In this document: positions 1 to 10,630 of the stretch, one piece after another
Layout: each line of letters starts with the position of its first letter
Numbering within the stretch: position 1 is the stretch's first letter
NCBI GenBank assembly: GCA_963720755.1
Contig: CAVRGP010000015.1
Span: forward strand, 96,001-160,000
Source of the DNA: an uncultured Chloroflexia bacterium
GTDB taxonomy: Bacteria; Chloroflexota; Limnocylindria; Limnocylindrales; CSP1-4
Direction: 5' to 3'
Length of the DNA: 64,000 nucleotides
Notes under the pieces: generated by a model
Database searches by the model: none
What the model saw: the letters and a program-made list of their open reading frames with translations, nothing else
Told to the model about the DNA's origin: nothing
Position numbers and translations under genes: made by a program

Positions 1-1107
1 CACCGGACCGCGGCCCGCCTCGACGGTCGCTATCGACTCGTGGCCGGAGTCGTCTCGTCCGATCCCGAGCGATCGCGGAAGGCGGCCATCGGGATGGGGA
101 TCGACCCGGATCGCGCCTACATCGACGCGGTCACGATGCTCGACGCCGAGCGAGAACGCGAGGATGGTGCCGAGGTCGTCGCCATCATGACGCCCAACGA
201 CAGCCACCATCGATACGCCATGGCGGCGCTCGATCGCGGGTTCGATGTCATCTGCGACAAGCCCATGACGAACACGCTGGACGAGGCGATGGACATCGTT
301 CGGAAGGTGGAGTCGACCGGGCTGGTGTTCTGCCTCACCCACAACTACACGGGCTACCCGATGGTCCGCCAGGCTCGCGCGCTCGTCGAGGCCGGCGAAG
401 TCGGCGTCGTCAGGCTCGTGCAGGTCGAGTACGTGCAGGGCGGCAAAGCCGACGAGTCCGACCCCGACCCGGTCGCGGGCTTGCCCTGGCGCTATGACCC
501 GGTGCGAGGTGGTCCATCGCTGGTGATGGGCGATATCGGGACGCACGCCCACAACCTGGCCCGGTTCGTGTCGCGCCTCGAAGTCGCCGAGGTCGCTGCG
601 GAGATCGGGCACGTCATCCCGGAGCGTCTGGTCGACGACTACGGCGCGGCCATGCTGCGCTTCGACGGCGGCGCGCGCGGGACCTTCTGGGTCACCCAGA
701 CGGCGGCCGGGGTGGAGAACGGTCTCCGCATCCGCGTGTCCGGCACGAAGGGCAGCCTCGAGTGGCACCAGGAGCGGCCGACGCGCCTCACGTTCAAGCC
801 ACTCATTGGACCGGTCCGCGTCTACAGCCCCAACGGGCCGGGCGCCCTCCCGCCTTCGATCCGAGCGTGCCGGGTCGCCCCCGGGCACCCGGAAGGATTT
901 CACGAGGCCTTCGCCAACCTCTACTCCGACGCTGCCGAAGCCATCGCTGCCCGGCGCTCCGGTCGCGACGTCGATCCGCTGGCGCTGTGGTTCCCGAACG
1001 AACGCGACGGGGCCGTCGGGGTGAAGTTCGTCGATGCGGCGGTGGCCTCGAGCCACGCCGATGGCGCCTGGACCGAAGCCAGGCTCTCGCTCATGGAGAA
1101 CCACTGA
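1..1107 (+). CDS. Gfo/Idh/MocA family oxidoreductase (5' truncated)
   Basis: Frame open from base 1 (HRTAARLDGRY..); motifs TPNDSHH, ICDKP, THNYTGYPMV, GDIGTH, GHPEGF. Confidence 0.9.
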   Translation, partial: HRTAARLDGRYRLVAGVVSSDPERSRKAAIGMGIDPDRAYIDAVTMLDAEREREDGAEVVAIMTPNDSHHRYAMAALDRGFDVICDKPMTNTLDEAMDIVRKVESTGLVFCLTHNYTGYPMVRQARALVEAGEVGVVRLVQVEYVQGGKADESDPDPVAGLPWRYDPVRGGPSLVMGDIGTHAHNLARFVSRLEVAEVAAEIGHVIPERLVDDYGAAMLRFDGGARGTFWVTQTAAGVENGLRIRVSGTKGSLEWHQERPTRLTFKPLIGPVRVYSPNGPGALPPSIRACRVAPGHPEGFHEAFANLYSDAAEAIAARRSGRDVDPLALWFPNERDGAVGVKFVDAAVASSHADGAWTEARLSLMENH

Positions 1108-1523
1108 TGCCGGAGCGACGGGAGGTCGGCCACGCCGAGGCGCGTCACCTCATCACGCTGATCGGAGACCGCCTCGTTGCCAACGGGGACGGGGCCGCCG
1201 TTGCCGTGGTCGATGCGCACGGCGAACTTGTCGCGTTCCTCCGAACCGACGGCTGCGGTCTGGCATCGATCAATATCGCCATCCACAAGGCGTTCACGGC
1301 GGCTCGTGAGCGGGTCGAATCAAGCGTTCTCGGCGAGCGGTCCCGGACCGAGGGGTTCCCGATCACCAACTTCGGCGACCCACGCTACGTGGGCTGGGGA
1401 GGAGGGGTCCCGATCGTCGTCGATGGCGAGGTGATCGGCGCGGTGGGGGTGAGCGGCCTCCCGGAGGACGCCGATGTCGAGTTGGCGCGGTGGGCCGCCG
1501 CAAGCCTCGGTGCCGATCGTTGA
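1107..1523 (+). CDS. GlcG/HbpS family heme-binding protein
   Basis: ATG overlaps upstream TGA; AVAVVDAHG, SINIAIHKAFTA, GGGVPIVVDGEVIGAVGVSG. Confidence 0.85.
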   Translation: MPERREVGHAEARHLITLIGDRLVANGDGAAVAVVDAHGELVAFLRTDGCGLASINIAIHKAFTAARERVESSVLGERSRTEGFPITNFGDPRYVGWGGGVPIVVDGEVIGAVGVSGLPEDADVELARWAAASLGADR

Positions 1524-1565
1524 TGGGTCCGCACCCCGTTGCGTCCGCAGGCAGGAGGATCCTCG

Positions 1566-1964
1566 ATGGCTGTCCCTGATGGCACACCGTGGCCGAGTGG
1601 GATCGGCGCGATCACCCTCTTCGTCGAGGATCTCGCCGCATCGAAACGGTTCTATCAGGACGTCTTCGGTCTGCCAGTCAAGTTCGAGGACGACAATTCG
1701 GCCGTGTTCGACTTCGGCAACACGATCATCAATCTCCTGAAGGTCTCCGCTGCGTCTGCGTTGATCGAACCGGCCCCCGTCGCGCCGCGCGAGGCCGGTT
1801 CCAGGCTCCAGTTCACGATCGAGGTCGATGACGTCGACGCCATGTGCCGGGAGTTGGTGGCGCGCGGCGTCGAACTCCTGAACGGCCCGATCGATCGACC
1901 GTGGGGTGTGCGGACCGCGAGCTTCGCCGACCCGGGCGGACACATCTGGGAGATCGCCCACTAG
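1566..1964 (+). CDS. VOC/glyoxalase family protein
   Basis: GGAGG SD; ITLFVEDL..FY..VFG, RPWGVRTASFADPGGHIWEI. Confidence 0.9.
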   Translation: MAVPDGTPWPSGIGAITLFVEDLAASKRFYQDVFGLPVKFEDDNSAVFDFGNTIINLLKVSAASALIEPAPVAPREAGSRLQFTIEVDDVDAMCRELVARGVELLNGPIDRPWGVRTASFADPGGHIWEIAH

Positions 1965-2091
1965 CCTCGGCCTGAACGAAGGATCGACCCTGGTGGATGG
2001 TCATATTGACGGACGTCGATATGATGTATCGATGGATGTCGATATGACAGGCTCCGATCGCCCTCACCGCCGCGACGGCCCGGAGGATCCC

Positions 2092-3015
2092 ATGCCCGCC
2101 TCAACGGTCGACAGACACGACCTCGTCGCCCTGGTCCTTGCAGCGTTCTGTTGGGGCCTCGGCACCGTGATCAGCAAAGCAGCGCTTGCCGAGGTCCCGC
2201 CGCTGACTCTCCTGCCTATCCAGCTGACCGCCAGCCTCGCGATCCTGGCCGTTCTCATGCGCCGGAATGGGATCTCGTTTCGAAGCGGTGCATCGCCGCT
2301 GCTCGGAAGGCTCGGCCTTCTCAATCCTGGCGCCGCCTATGCGCTGAGCCTGATCGGGCTGGTGACCATCACGGCGAGCCTGTCAGTGCTCCTGTGGGTC
2401 CTGGAGCCGCTGATGATCCTTGCCCTCGCCGCCTGGTTCCTCCACGAGCGGATCACGCCGACGTTCGTCGTGCTGTCGATCACCGCGCTCGTCGGGCTGA
2501 CAGTGGTCATCTACGACCCGTCATCGAGCGGAGGTCAGCTCATCGGCGTCGCCCTGACGGTCGCGGGTGTGGTCTGTTGTGCGGTGTATTCCGTGATCAC
2601 GAGGCGCTGGATCCCCGACGCGAGAGAAACCAGCCAGGTGATCCTTGCGCAGCAGGCCCATGCGCTCGCCCTTGCGCTCGTCCTCGTGGTGCTCGTCGGC
2701 ATGGTCGGTGGGGCCGTCGCTCCGGCAGCGTTGACTCCGATCGGTCTCGCGAGCGCGGTCGGGTCGGGCGCCCTCTACTACGCGGGCGCCTACTGGTTCT
2801 ACCTCGGCGCGCTGCGCCACGTCCCGGCGTCGTTCGCCGCGGTCTCCTTCTACCTCATCCCGATCGTCGGCGTGGCCGGTGGAGTTCTGCTCCTGGGCGA
2901 GCACCTGGAGCCTCGTCAGTGGGTCGGCGCCGTCCTGGTGATCGCTGCCGTCCTCGCGATCTTCCGCGAGTCGTCGACGAGAGCCCGGGCATCGAAGCTC
3001 GACGTCGCCGCCTGA
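2092..3015 (+). CDS. EamA/DMT family transporter
   Basis: GGAGG SD; about 10 hydrophobic helices, two EamA repeats (FCWG, LHER, LLLGE). Confidence 0.88.
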   Translation: MPASTVDRHDLVALVLAAFCWGLGTVISKAALAEVPPLTLLPIQLTASLAILAVLMRRNGISFRSGASPLLGRLGLLNPGAAYALSLIGLVTITASLSVLLWVLEPLMILALAAWFLHERITPTFVVLSITALVGLTVVIYDPSSSGGQLIGVALTVAGVVCCAVYSVITRRWIPDARETSQVILAQQAHALALALVLVVLVGMVGGAVAPAALTPIGLASAVGSGALYYAGAYWFYLGALRHVPASFAAVSFYLIPIVGVAGGVLLLGEHLEPRQWVGAVLVIAAVLAIFRESSTRARASKLDVAA

Positions 3016-3096
3016 TTCCCTACTGCGGGAGTTGCCGCGGTCCTTCCGGCACGGCGAACTTGACGCTTCGGCCCGGCCACCCGATCGTGGGACACC

Positions 3097-4836
3097 ATGA
3101 CGGCCACCCACCCAAGCGCCCGCACCTACGGCTCGATCCTTGAGATCCTCGAGGGGGCGGCCCGACGTCACCCGACCGAGAACGCCATGGCTCTTGCGGC
3201 CGACACGGGACTCGAGCAGGAGTGGACGGCACCGGAGGTGCTACGACGTTCACGAGTGGCTGCCTGGCGCCTCTCCGCCCTCGGCCTGCGTCCGGGCGAC
3301 CGGCTCCTGACCTGGTGCCCGTCAGGCCCCGAGTTGGCGGCCCTGACCTTCGGGGCGATGCGGGTCGGGGTCGCGATCGTGCCGCTCGACCTGCGGATGG
3401 CACCCGAGGTCATCGAGCGCATCGCGGCCCGGGCGGACACGCGCTTCCTGGCGATCGGGACCGGCCGTGACGCGCCAGACCCGCGGGACGTGCGGCTCGC
3501 CGATGCGGTCATGCGCACGGTTCCCTCCCTCGTCGCGGAGCCGGGCGCGGATGGGGAGGCGCCATTCCCCGGCGACTGGGAGGCGCAGATCGACGCCCTG
3601 CCGCGGCCGACTCGCGAGACGCTGTTCGAGATCGTGTTCACGTCGGGCACGACGGCCGCGCCCAAGGGCGCGATGCTCAGCCACGGGAACATCCTGGCCA
3701 CCCTTGAGGCCGCGGACCACGTCATCCCTCGAAGGCAGCATCGACTCGTCTCGCTCCTGCCGCTGTCGCACCTCTTCGGCCAGCTCGAGATGGCCTATGC
3801 CCTGATGGTCGGTGCGCCCATCCTCTACATCCGGTCGCGCAATCCGCGGGTCATCTTCGAGGCGATCGCCGCGCACCACGTAACGACGATGGTCGTGGTG
3901 CCCCAGGTCCTGGACCTGTTCTGGTCATCCTTCCAGCGGGAAGTCGACAAGCGTGGCAAGACCGGGCAGGTCGCCCGCTTGCGCTCGGTCTCGCGCCGGC
4001 TGCCGTACACCGTGCGACGACGACTGTTCGGCTTCTTCCACGAGCGCCTGGGCGGCCAGCTCGAGCTGTTCATCTGCTCCGCCGCCTTCCTGCCGCCGAC
4101 GTTGCAGCAGGCCTGGGAGGACATCGGCGTCGTCGTGATCCAGGGCTTCGGATCGACGGAGTGCGGCTTCGCCGTCGCGAACCGGATCGACGACCACCCA
4201 CTGGGCGTCGTCGGGCGGCCCGTGGACCACGTCCAGGTTCGCCTGGCCGACGACACCGGCGAGATCCTTGTCCGCGGACCGAACGTCTTCTCGGGCTACT
4301 GGCGGGACCCGGAGGCGACGGCCGCCGCGCTCGACGCCGACGGGTGGTACCACTCCGGCGACGTCGGTCATCAGGACGCGAAGGGCCGGTACGTGCTGTC
4401 GGGTCGGATCAAGAACATGATCGCCCTCCCCAATGGCCTCAAGATCTACCCGGAGGACATGGAGAACGTCCTTCGGGAATCCGGGCTGCGCGACACGGTC
4501 GTGCTCGAGACGGCACCCGGTCGCATCGAAGCCGTGGTCCTTCCGCTCGATGAGCCGCTCATGCCGGGTTCCGGACCGGCGCCCGAACCGCGCCAGCGGA
4601 GCCCCGAGGATGCCGCGCGGATGCGCGAGCAGATCGAAGCCGCGGTGAAGGCCGCCAATGTCCGTCTCGGCATCCATCAGCGGATCGTCGCCTGGCGCCT
4701 CTGGCCCGAGCCGGATTTCCCGCGCACCCACACCCTGAAGATCAAGCGCCCGGTGGTGGCCGCCTGGATCGCCGCCGACGCGCGGCCGGACCAGCAGCCG
4801 ATCGGCCCACAGGCCGGCTCGCACGCACTGGACTGA
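3097..4836 (+). CDS. Long-chain acyl-CoA synthetase (AMP-binding)
   Basis: FTSGTTAAPKG, LPLSH, QGFGSTE, GWYHSGD, GRIKN, PRTHTLKIKR. Confidence 0.88.
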   Translation: MTATHPSARTYGSILEILEGAARRHPTENAMALAADTGLEQEWTAPEVLRRSRVAAWRLSALGLRPGDRLLTWCPSGPELAALTFGAMRVGVAIVPLDLRMAPEVIERIAARADTRFLAIGTGRDAPDPRDVRLADAVMRTVPSLVAEPGADGEAPFPGDWEAQIDALPRPTRETLFEIVFTSGTTAAPKGAMLSHGNILATLEAADHVIPRRQHRLVSLLPLSHLFGQLEMAYALMVGAPILYIRSRNPRVIFEAIAAHHVTTMVVVPQVLDLFWSSFQREVDKRGKTGQVARLRSVSRRLPYTVRRRLFGFFHERLGGQLELFICSAAFLPPTLQQAWEDIGVVVIQGFGSTECGFAVANRIDDHPLGVVGRPVDHVQVRLADDTGEILVRGPNVFSGYWRDPEATAAALDADGWYHSGDVGHQDAKGRYVLSGRIKNMIALPNGLKIYPEDMENVLRESGLRDTVVLETAPGRIEAVVLPLDEPLMPGSGPAPEPRQRSPEDAARMREQIEAAVKAANVRLGIHQRIVAWRLWPEPDFPRTHTLKIKRPVVAAWIAADARPDQQPIGPQAGSHALD

Positions 4837-4951
4837 CCCGGCCAGAAGCATCCGAATCGATCACGACGCATGACCCGAACATTGAGGGAGCGAGCGTAGG
4901 CCTCCGCGGCATCCAGTCTAGGTACGGACACCCCGCCCGCTTCGAGTAGGC

Positions 4952-5347
4952 ATGGACCTTAGCGTGCTGGTAGGCATCGCCCTCGGGCTCCTCGTTGTTT
5001 GGGTCGCACTCGTCGCGCTCTTTTGGGTGTTTCGTCCAAGAGGCGTGTCGGTTCGCGAGTTGGTTGGCGTGATACCCGACCTCGTGAGGATGCTGCGGTC
5101 CATCGTTGCGGACCCGTCCTCCCCGACCGACGTGCGCGTCGTGCTTGTCGGCTTACTCATCTGGATACTCTCGCCCATTGACCTGATCCCGGAGTTCATC
5201 CCGGTCGTCGGGCCGTTGGACGACGTCCTCGTGGCCGTCGTTGCGCTTCGATACGTTCGCCGGCGGGTCGGCGTCGATGAGATGCGCTCGCGATGGCCGG
5301 GCAGCGATCAGGGGTTCGCGCTGCTGGTGCGAGTCGTCGGCTCCTAG
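4952..5347 (+). CDS. YkvA/DUF1232 family membrane protein
   Basis: SPIDLIPEFIPVVGPLDD signature. Confidence 0.85.
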   Translation: MDLSVLVGIALGLLVVWVALVALFWVFRPRGVSVRELVGVIPDLVRMLRSIVADPSSPTDVRVVLVGLLIWILSPIDLIPEFIPVVGPLDDVLVAVVALRYVRRRVGVDEMRSRWPGSDQGFALLVRVVGS

Positions 5348-5364
5348 CCCGGCGGGCCGACCCG

Positions 5365-6048
5365 TTACGGGGTAGCGGGATCCGCGTACTGGATCGGTGT
5401 CACTGCGACGTCATCGGGCAATTTCACGCCGGTCGAGTGGTTCGGGCAGTAGCCCCCCGGATTCTTGTCGAGATATTGCTGGTGATAGTCCTCGGCGTAA
5501 TAGAACGGACCGGCGGGCACGATCTCGGTGGTGATGGCCTTGTATCCGGCGGCTGCGAGCCTGGCCTGGTATGCGTCGCGGGTCGCCTCGGCAACGGCGC
5601 GCTGTTCGTCATTCGCGGTCAGGATGATCGAGCGGTACTGCGTGCCATGGTCGTTGCCCTGGCGCATCCCCTGGGTCGGATCGTGGTGCTCCCAGAAGGT
5701 CTTGAGGAGCTGTTCGTACGTGATCCCGGCGGGGTCGAACGCGATCAGGACGACCTCGGCATGTCCGGTGCGGCCCGTGCACGCTTCGTTGTAGGTGGGG
5801 TTCGGGGTCGACCCGCCTGCGTAGCCAACCGCGGTCGTCACGACCCCCGGAAGCGACCAGAACGCCTTCTCGGCGCCCCAGAAGCAGCCGAGACCGAGGA
5901 CGGCAGTCTGGGTGCCGTCGGGCCACGGCCCGGCCATCGGGGTACCGAGCACGGTATGCCGGCCGGGAATGGCGACCGGATCGGGCCGTCCGGGGAGCGC
6001 GTCGGCGGGGGAGGGAAGTGTCTGAGGTTTGGGGCTGAGAAAACGCAT
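5365..6048 (-). CDS. msrA: Peptide-methionine (S)-S-oxide reductase
   Basis: [27 protein letters not shown]. Confidence 0.97.
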   Translation of the reverse strand: MRFLSPKPQTLPSPADALPGRPDPVAIPGRHTVLGTPMAGPWPDGTQTAVLGLGCFWGAEKAFWSLPGVVTTAVGYAGGSTPNPTYNEACTGRTGHAEVVLIAFDPAGITYEQLLKTFWEHHDPTQGMRQGNDHGTQYRSIILTANDEQRAVAEATRDAYQARLAAAGYKAITTEIVPAGPFYYAEDYHQQYLDKNPGGYCPNHSTGVKLPDDVAVTPIQYADPATP

Positions 6049-6186
6049 GCCCTGACTATAGGCCCGACCGATGACGGATTCATGTCACCGACCTGCCCGG
6101 GTCCTGCCCGACTCGTCCCGTCCGGTGTCGCAGGCGATGGCGTCGGGCAACGACCCGCAGCGCCCCTGACAACACCGCTCCGCACG

Positions 6187-6238
6187 GGACCGCCGACGGC
6201 CGACCCGGTTCGGGCCGGGTCGGCCGTCGGTCTGGTCC
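6187..6238. repeat. Long GC-rich inverted repeat (16-bp perfect stem)
   Basis: ccgacggccgacccgg (6193-6208) / ccgggtcggccgtcgg (6215-6230), extended by ggacc/ggtcc. Confidence 0.75.
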
Positions 6239-6298
6239 GGGTCGCGGGCTGACCTTCGTAGCGTCGCGAATGGCCGACGCCCAACGCACAGTCGCAAG

Positions 6299-6871
6299 GT
6301 GCATATCACCTTCACGGGCTTTGCCGGCGACTGCCTGATCTCGGGTCAGCTGGACCTGCAGGGCGACCGACTGACCGACCACATCAACGCCCGACCCTCA
6401 TTGGTCCTCGAGGAGGTCGTCCTCGAGGGGCTCGACGGCGGACGGGTGACGGCGGACACGTTCACGATCGAGCGATCCCAGGTCTGCGCGGTCCTGGCCA
6501 GCGGCCCGCGCGGTGCGAAGGCCCGACGGATCCCGACCGACGAGCGTCGGATCCAGGCGCAGATCGGACCGTATGCGATCCTCGGGCGATACCACGGCCG
6601 CATCGGCGCCACCTCCCTGCGTAGCTTCTTCGAGCGTGACCCGATGGTGCCACTGACCGACGCCACGATCGCGTACGTGATCGACGGCATCCTCGAGGTC
6701 CGCGACGCGCCCGTCCTCATCGTCAATCGGGACCTGGCGGCCTGGTACCGCGACCCGGACGAAATCCGCGACGATGACCGGAGCGAGCAACCGCCGAGGG
6801 TCGCCTGGAGTTGGCGCCGCATCAGCGACCGACGTGGCGCCAGGGTGGCCGAGGTCGGACGTCGGCGCTAG
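6299..6871 (+). CDS. Hypothetical protein, possibly tandem DUF6812-like repeats
   Basis: Coding-like GC3 bias; ISGQL..RLTDHIN and ILGRYH..PLTDATI..LIVNRD resemble DUF6812 by eye. Confidence 0.5.
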   Translation: MHITFTGFAGDCLISGQLDLQGDRLTDHINARPSLVLEEVVLEGLDGGRVTADTFTIERSQVCAVLASGPRGAKARRIPTDERRIQAQIGPYAILGRYHGRIGATSLRSFFERDPMVPLTDATIAYVIDGILEVRDAPVLIVNRDLAAWYRDPDEIRDDDRSEQPPRVAWSWRRISDRRGARVAEVGRRR

Positions 6872-6895
6872 CGGCATCGCGCGGTCGGATCGCGC

Positions 6896-8502
6896 TCAGG
6901 CGGGCTGCGTCACCCGGATGTCGTCGAGCTCGACTTCGAGGAGATTGGCCGGACCACCGTCGACGGCAACGAAGCGCAATCGAACCTGCTGGCCCGCGAA
7001 GGCATCCATCGAGACCGACGCCGTCCGCCATGCGCCATCGACATCGGTCGGACTGCCGTTCACCCGGAAGACCTCGACCAGGCTGCCATCGCCGAGCTCG
7101 ACGATGGCGCGCAGGCTGTCGGCGGACGTCGACTTCGCCGTGTGGGCGAAGACGTAGCGGAAGGTGAGATGCTGGCCCGTCGCCGCGGGCAGCTGGATCT
7201 GCGGTGAGCGGATCGTTGACCGGCCATCGAGGTCAAAGGCGGCCGGGGTCGCCCCGGCCCTGGCGCCGGTCACGAAGGCGCGCGACCCCGACGGGGTCGT
7301 CCCGAGCTGCTTCGGGCCCGACTTGGTCGTCGGGGCCGGGTTGGCCCGGGCGAACCGAGCACCGGCCGGCGCCGTATCGGTGCCATCGGGGTTGACCGTC
7401 CAGCCCCGCGAGACCTCGAGATCGTCGTCGAACGCACCGCATCGAGCGGCCCTGACCGTTGCTCCCAGAACGGCCAACGGACATGACGCCCGTTCCATCA
7501 GGTACAGGACGGCTTCCTTGTTACGGCCGGTCTCCTTCGCGATCAGCGAATCATCCGGGTAGTCACGGATCGACAGCTCGAAGGTGTAGCTGAAGATCCG
7601 GTACACGCCGTATTCGAAATCCCGCGACGTTCCCGAGGTGATGTACAGATCGCTCGCCTGCTCGGGTCGGTAGCCGTTGGTCGCCGCCATGTGCTTGCCG
7701 ATCCGTGCGAGCGCCGCGTGATCCTGCTTGGTCATGTCCGCCGGCACATTCGCTTTGGTGTAGCCGTACGGCCACAGGACGAGGCGGCCATATTCGTGGA
7801 ACGTGATCGCGGTCCGGATCTGCTGCCGACCGTCGACGACCCGGCTGGCGAGGAAATCGCGAAGCGCCCGGGCCTCCGGGCTTGAGAACGGTCCGGTCCG
7901 CGGTAGGTGATCGCCTGCGGGTTCGTGCTGGTCCTGCCGCCGCCGCCCCACCGGTATCCGAAGTTCCGGTTCAGGTCGGTCCCGATCGAGCTCGTGCCCG
8001 GCGTCGGCTGGCGGTTCTTCCGCCAGTAGTGGAACCTGCCTTTCCTGATGTCGAATTGCGCGCCGTCGGGGTTCATCATCGGCACGATCCAGATCTCGCG
8101 GGTGTTCACGATCGACGTGATCCGCGGATCGACCCCGTAGCCATCGACGAGCCAGTGCATGATCCGGAGCGCCATCTCCGTGCCCATGTGCTCATCGGCA
8201 TGGATGCCACCGTCGAACAGGACCTCGGGTTCCGCCTCGTCGACGTTCACGTTGTCGGAGATCTTGACTGCCCACAGCTGGCGGCCCTTGTAGCTCTGGC
8301 CGATGGAAAACCGCGAGACGATGTCCGGGTGGGCGGCGGCCACGGCTGCGAGGTCCGCGCCCACCTCCGCATAGCTGTGATAGCCCTCCTTGCCGGCGGG
8401 GAACTCGCTGGCGGCGGACGTCGGGATCGCCGTGACCAGGAGCAGCACGATCGCAACAAGGGGACCGAGCATGGACGCGGGGCGCGCGGAGGGATGTCGC
8501 AT
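6896..8502 (-). pseudogene. Secreted M14 zinc carboxypeptidase (carboxypeptidase T-like), frameshifted near 7890
   Basis: Signal peptide; HADE, NPDG, RKNR, GTDLNRN in one frame; PFSSPE, TFHEYG, YTFEL in another; one-base shift at YRGP/PFS. Confidence 0.85.
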
Positions 8503-8607
8503 GTCGCCAGCATGCCGGGTCCGGGCCGCCCCTGTCATCCCTCGGACGGACCAGCGACGTCCGGTCGGTCGTCCGGGGCCGGGTCATGGACGGGTAGTCT
8601 TGGGCGT

Positions 8608-9438
8608 ATGACCCACCTCGCATCCGTCCTGGCGGAGGTCGACACCTGGGGCGCGGACCAGGCGGCGGCGGCCGTTGTCGATCAGGCGGGCGTCCGCGCG
8701 ATGCAGGGCGATCCCGGCCACCTGTTCCGGTGGGCGTCCATCACCAAGCTGGCCACCGCGATGACGGTCCTGATCGCCGCGGAACGTGGCCTCCTCGACC
8801 TCGACGAGGCGGCCGGCCCGCCCGACTCGACGGTGCGCCACCTGCTGGCACACGCGTCGGGCCTGGGGTTCGATGGCCCGGCGACCCTCGCCCGCCCCGG
8901 GACGCGACGGATCTATTCGAATACAGGCTTCGATCTGCTTGGCGAGTTGGTTGCCGAACGGTCGCACGGGCCGTTCGCCGCGGTCCTGGAAAGCTTCGTT
9001 CTCGGACCGCTCGGGATGTCGGGTACGCGTCTCGTGGAGCGGCCATCGCAGGGTCTCGTGGGACCCGTCACCGACCTCGTGCTCCTCGCGGCAGAGTTCC
9101 TTCGGCCGACCCTGGTCACGGCCGGCTCGTTCCGCACGGCCACCTCGGTCGCGTTTCCAGGGCTGGTCGGACTCCTGCCCGGCGTCGGTCGCTACGACCC
9201 ACTCGATTGGGGGCTGGGCTTCGAGTTGCACGATGGCAAGGGGGCCCACTGGATGGCCGCCGAGTGCAGCCCGGCGACCTTCGGTCACTTCGGCGGTTCG
9301 GGAACGTTCCTGTGGGTCGATCCGGTCGCCCGCCTCGCGGTCGTGACGTTGACCGATCGCCCGTACGGACCGTGGGCCCTGGAGACGTGGCCCGGCTTCT
9401 CGGGCCGGATCCTGGCGGCAGCCGACGGTGGGGATTGA
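8608..9438 (+). CDS. Serine hydrolase, beta-lactamase (class C-like) family
   Basis: ASITK, LLAHASGL, YSN, FGHFGGSG, LWVDP. Confidence 0.9.
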   Translation: MTHLASVLAEVDTWGADQAAAAVVDQAGVRAMQGDPGHLFRWASITKLATAMTVLIAAERGLLDLDEAAGPPDSTVRHLLAHASGLGFDGPATLARPGTRRIYSNTGFDLLGELVAERSHGPFAAVLESFVLGPLGMSGTRLVERPSQGLVGPVTDLVLLAAEFLRPTLVTAGSFRTATSVAFPGLVGLLPGVGRYDPLDWGLGFELHDGKGAHWMAAECSPATFGHFGGSGTFLWVDPVARLAVVTLTDRPYGPWALETWPGFSGRILAAADGGD

Positions 9439-9487
9439 ACCGTTCCGGCCCGTCGGATAAGTGCCTCGCGACATCGTCATCGCCGAG

Positions 9488-9542
9488 GTGACATTCGGCA
9501 TGGCGATGCAGGACCATCGGTGCGTCGGGTGACCGACGGCCC
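9488..9542. promoter_or_regulatory. Three DosR/DevR-like boxes upstream of the DoxX gene
   Basis: GTGAC-ATTC-GGCAT 9488, AGGAC-CATC-GGTGC 9510, GTGAC-CGAC-GGCCC 9529. Confidence 0.5.
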
Positions 9543-9673
9543 CACCGAGGGGTGCCGTTGGACCCTGTAACCTGACCGCGTCGCCGCCGAAAGTCTAGAC
9601 AGCACCGAATTGCGACACCGGCGGAGACGTGACCCGCCTCGCAGGCCGGACAGCACAAGGAGGAAGGAACCAG

Positions 9674-10440
9674 ATGTCCACTCTACGGAGACTCGCACTC
9701 CCGATCGCGGCGATCGCGGCGGTGCTGCTCTTCCTGCTCGTCAATCCGTGGATCGTCATCGAGCCGGACAGCACACTCAATCAGGCCGTGACCATCGGGT
9801 TCTGGATCTCGTTCCTCTTCTGCTCGTCGTGCTCTTCGAAATGCGCAACGACCAGGGCGGCGAGACGATCGAGGTCGAAGGTCCGGCGTTCACCCGTTTC
9901 CTGTTCGGGAATTCGCGAGCCGGGATGTTCTGGCTGCCGATCCGGTTGTATCGTCGGGCTTCAGCTGGCTGGAAGCCGGCTGGCACAAGTTCGTCGGCGA
10001 CCGGGATGGATCGACGGGGGCGACGGCCCTGAAGGGCTATTGGGAGCGTGCCGTCGCCATCCCGGACGGCGGGAGTCCCGCGATCAACTACGACTGGTAT
10101 CGCAGCTTCATCCAGACCCTCCTCGACAGCGGCTCCTACACCTGGTTCGCCTGGCTCATCACCCTGGGCGAGATGGCCGTCGGTATCGGTCTCCTGATCG
10201 GGATGCTCACCGGCCTGGCTGCATTCTTCGGAGCCCTGATGAGCATGTCCTTCCTCCTGGCTGGCTCCGGGTCCTCGAACCCGGTCGATGTTCACCCTGG
10301 CGGTCGGGCTCATCCTGGCCTGGAAGGTCGCCGGCTACTACGGCGTCGACCGCTACCTGCTCCCGCTCCTGGGGACCCCCTGGAAGCCGGGTGCGATCGC
10401 GGGCAAGGACACCAGCGCGGCAGGCTCGCCAGCTGGCTGA
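9674..10440 (+). pseudogene. DoxX/DoxD-family membrane protein with several frameshifts
   Basis: Fragments in different frames join to ..FWLPIRL..WLEAGWHK..YDWYRSF..ITLGEMAVGIGL..SSNPV..WKVAGYYGVDRYLLP. Confidence 0.8.
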
Positions 10441-10459
10441 CGATCAGACCGCAAATGAC

Positions 10460-10498
10460 AAGGACCCCGGGTCGCGGAGGAGGCGACCCGGGGTCTTT
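10460..10498 (+). terminator. Intrinsic terminator-like hairpin
   Basis: aaggaccccgggtcgc / gcgacccggggtcttt directly after the DoxX stop. Confidence 0.8.
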
Positions 10499-10630
10499 CC
10501 ATATGCCCTGCCGCATCCATGGTGCGACCTGGCGGTGTATCGTCTAGCGCCACACCCGGCTCGGACCCGGGGGCTCTTGCCAGTTGGAGTCCTGGTCATG
10601 TCATCGACCGCCCCGAGCCGCCGCCGGGTC

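Noticed and set aside
7843-7855. 13-bp match (ggctggcgaggaa) to the tRNA-Gln 3' end, a possible att site
   Set aside because: It lies inside conserved carboxypeptidase coding sequence, is short, and no integrase is present
8608-9438. Antibiotic-resistance island (beta-lactamase-like, VanY, MBL, MFS, MGT)
   Set aside because: Genes are dispersed generic family members with no mobile context
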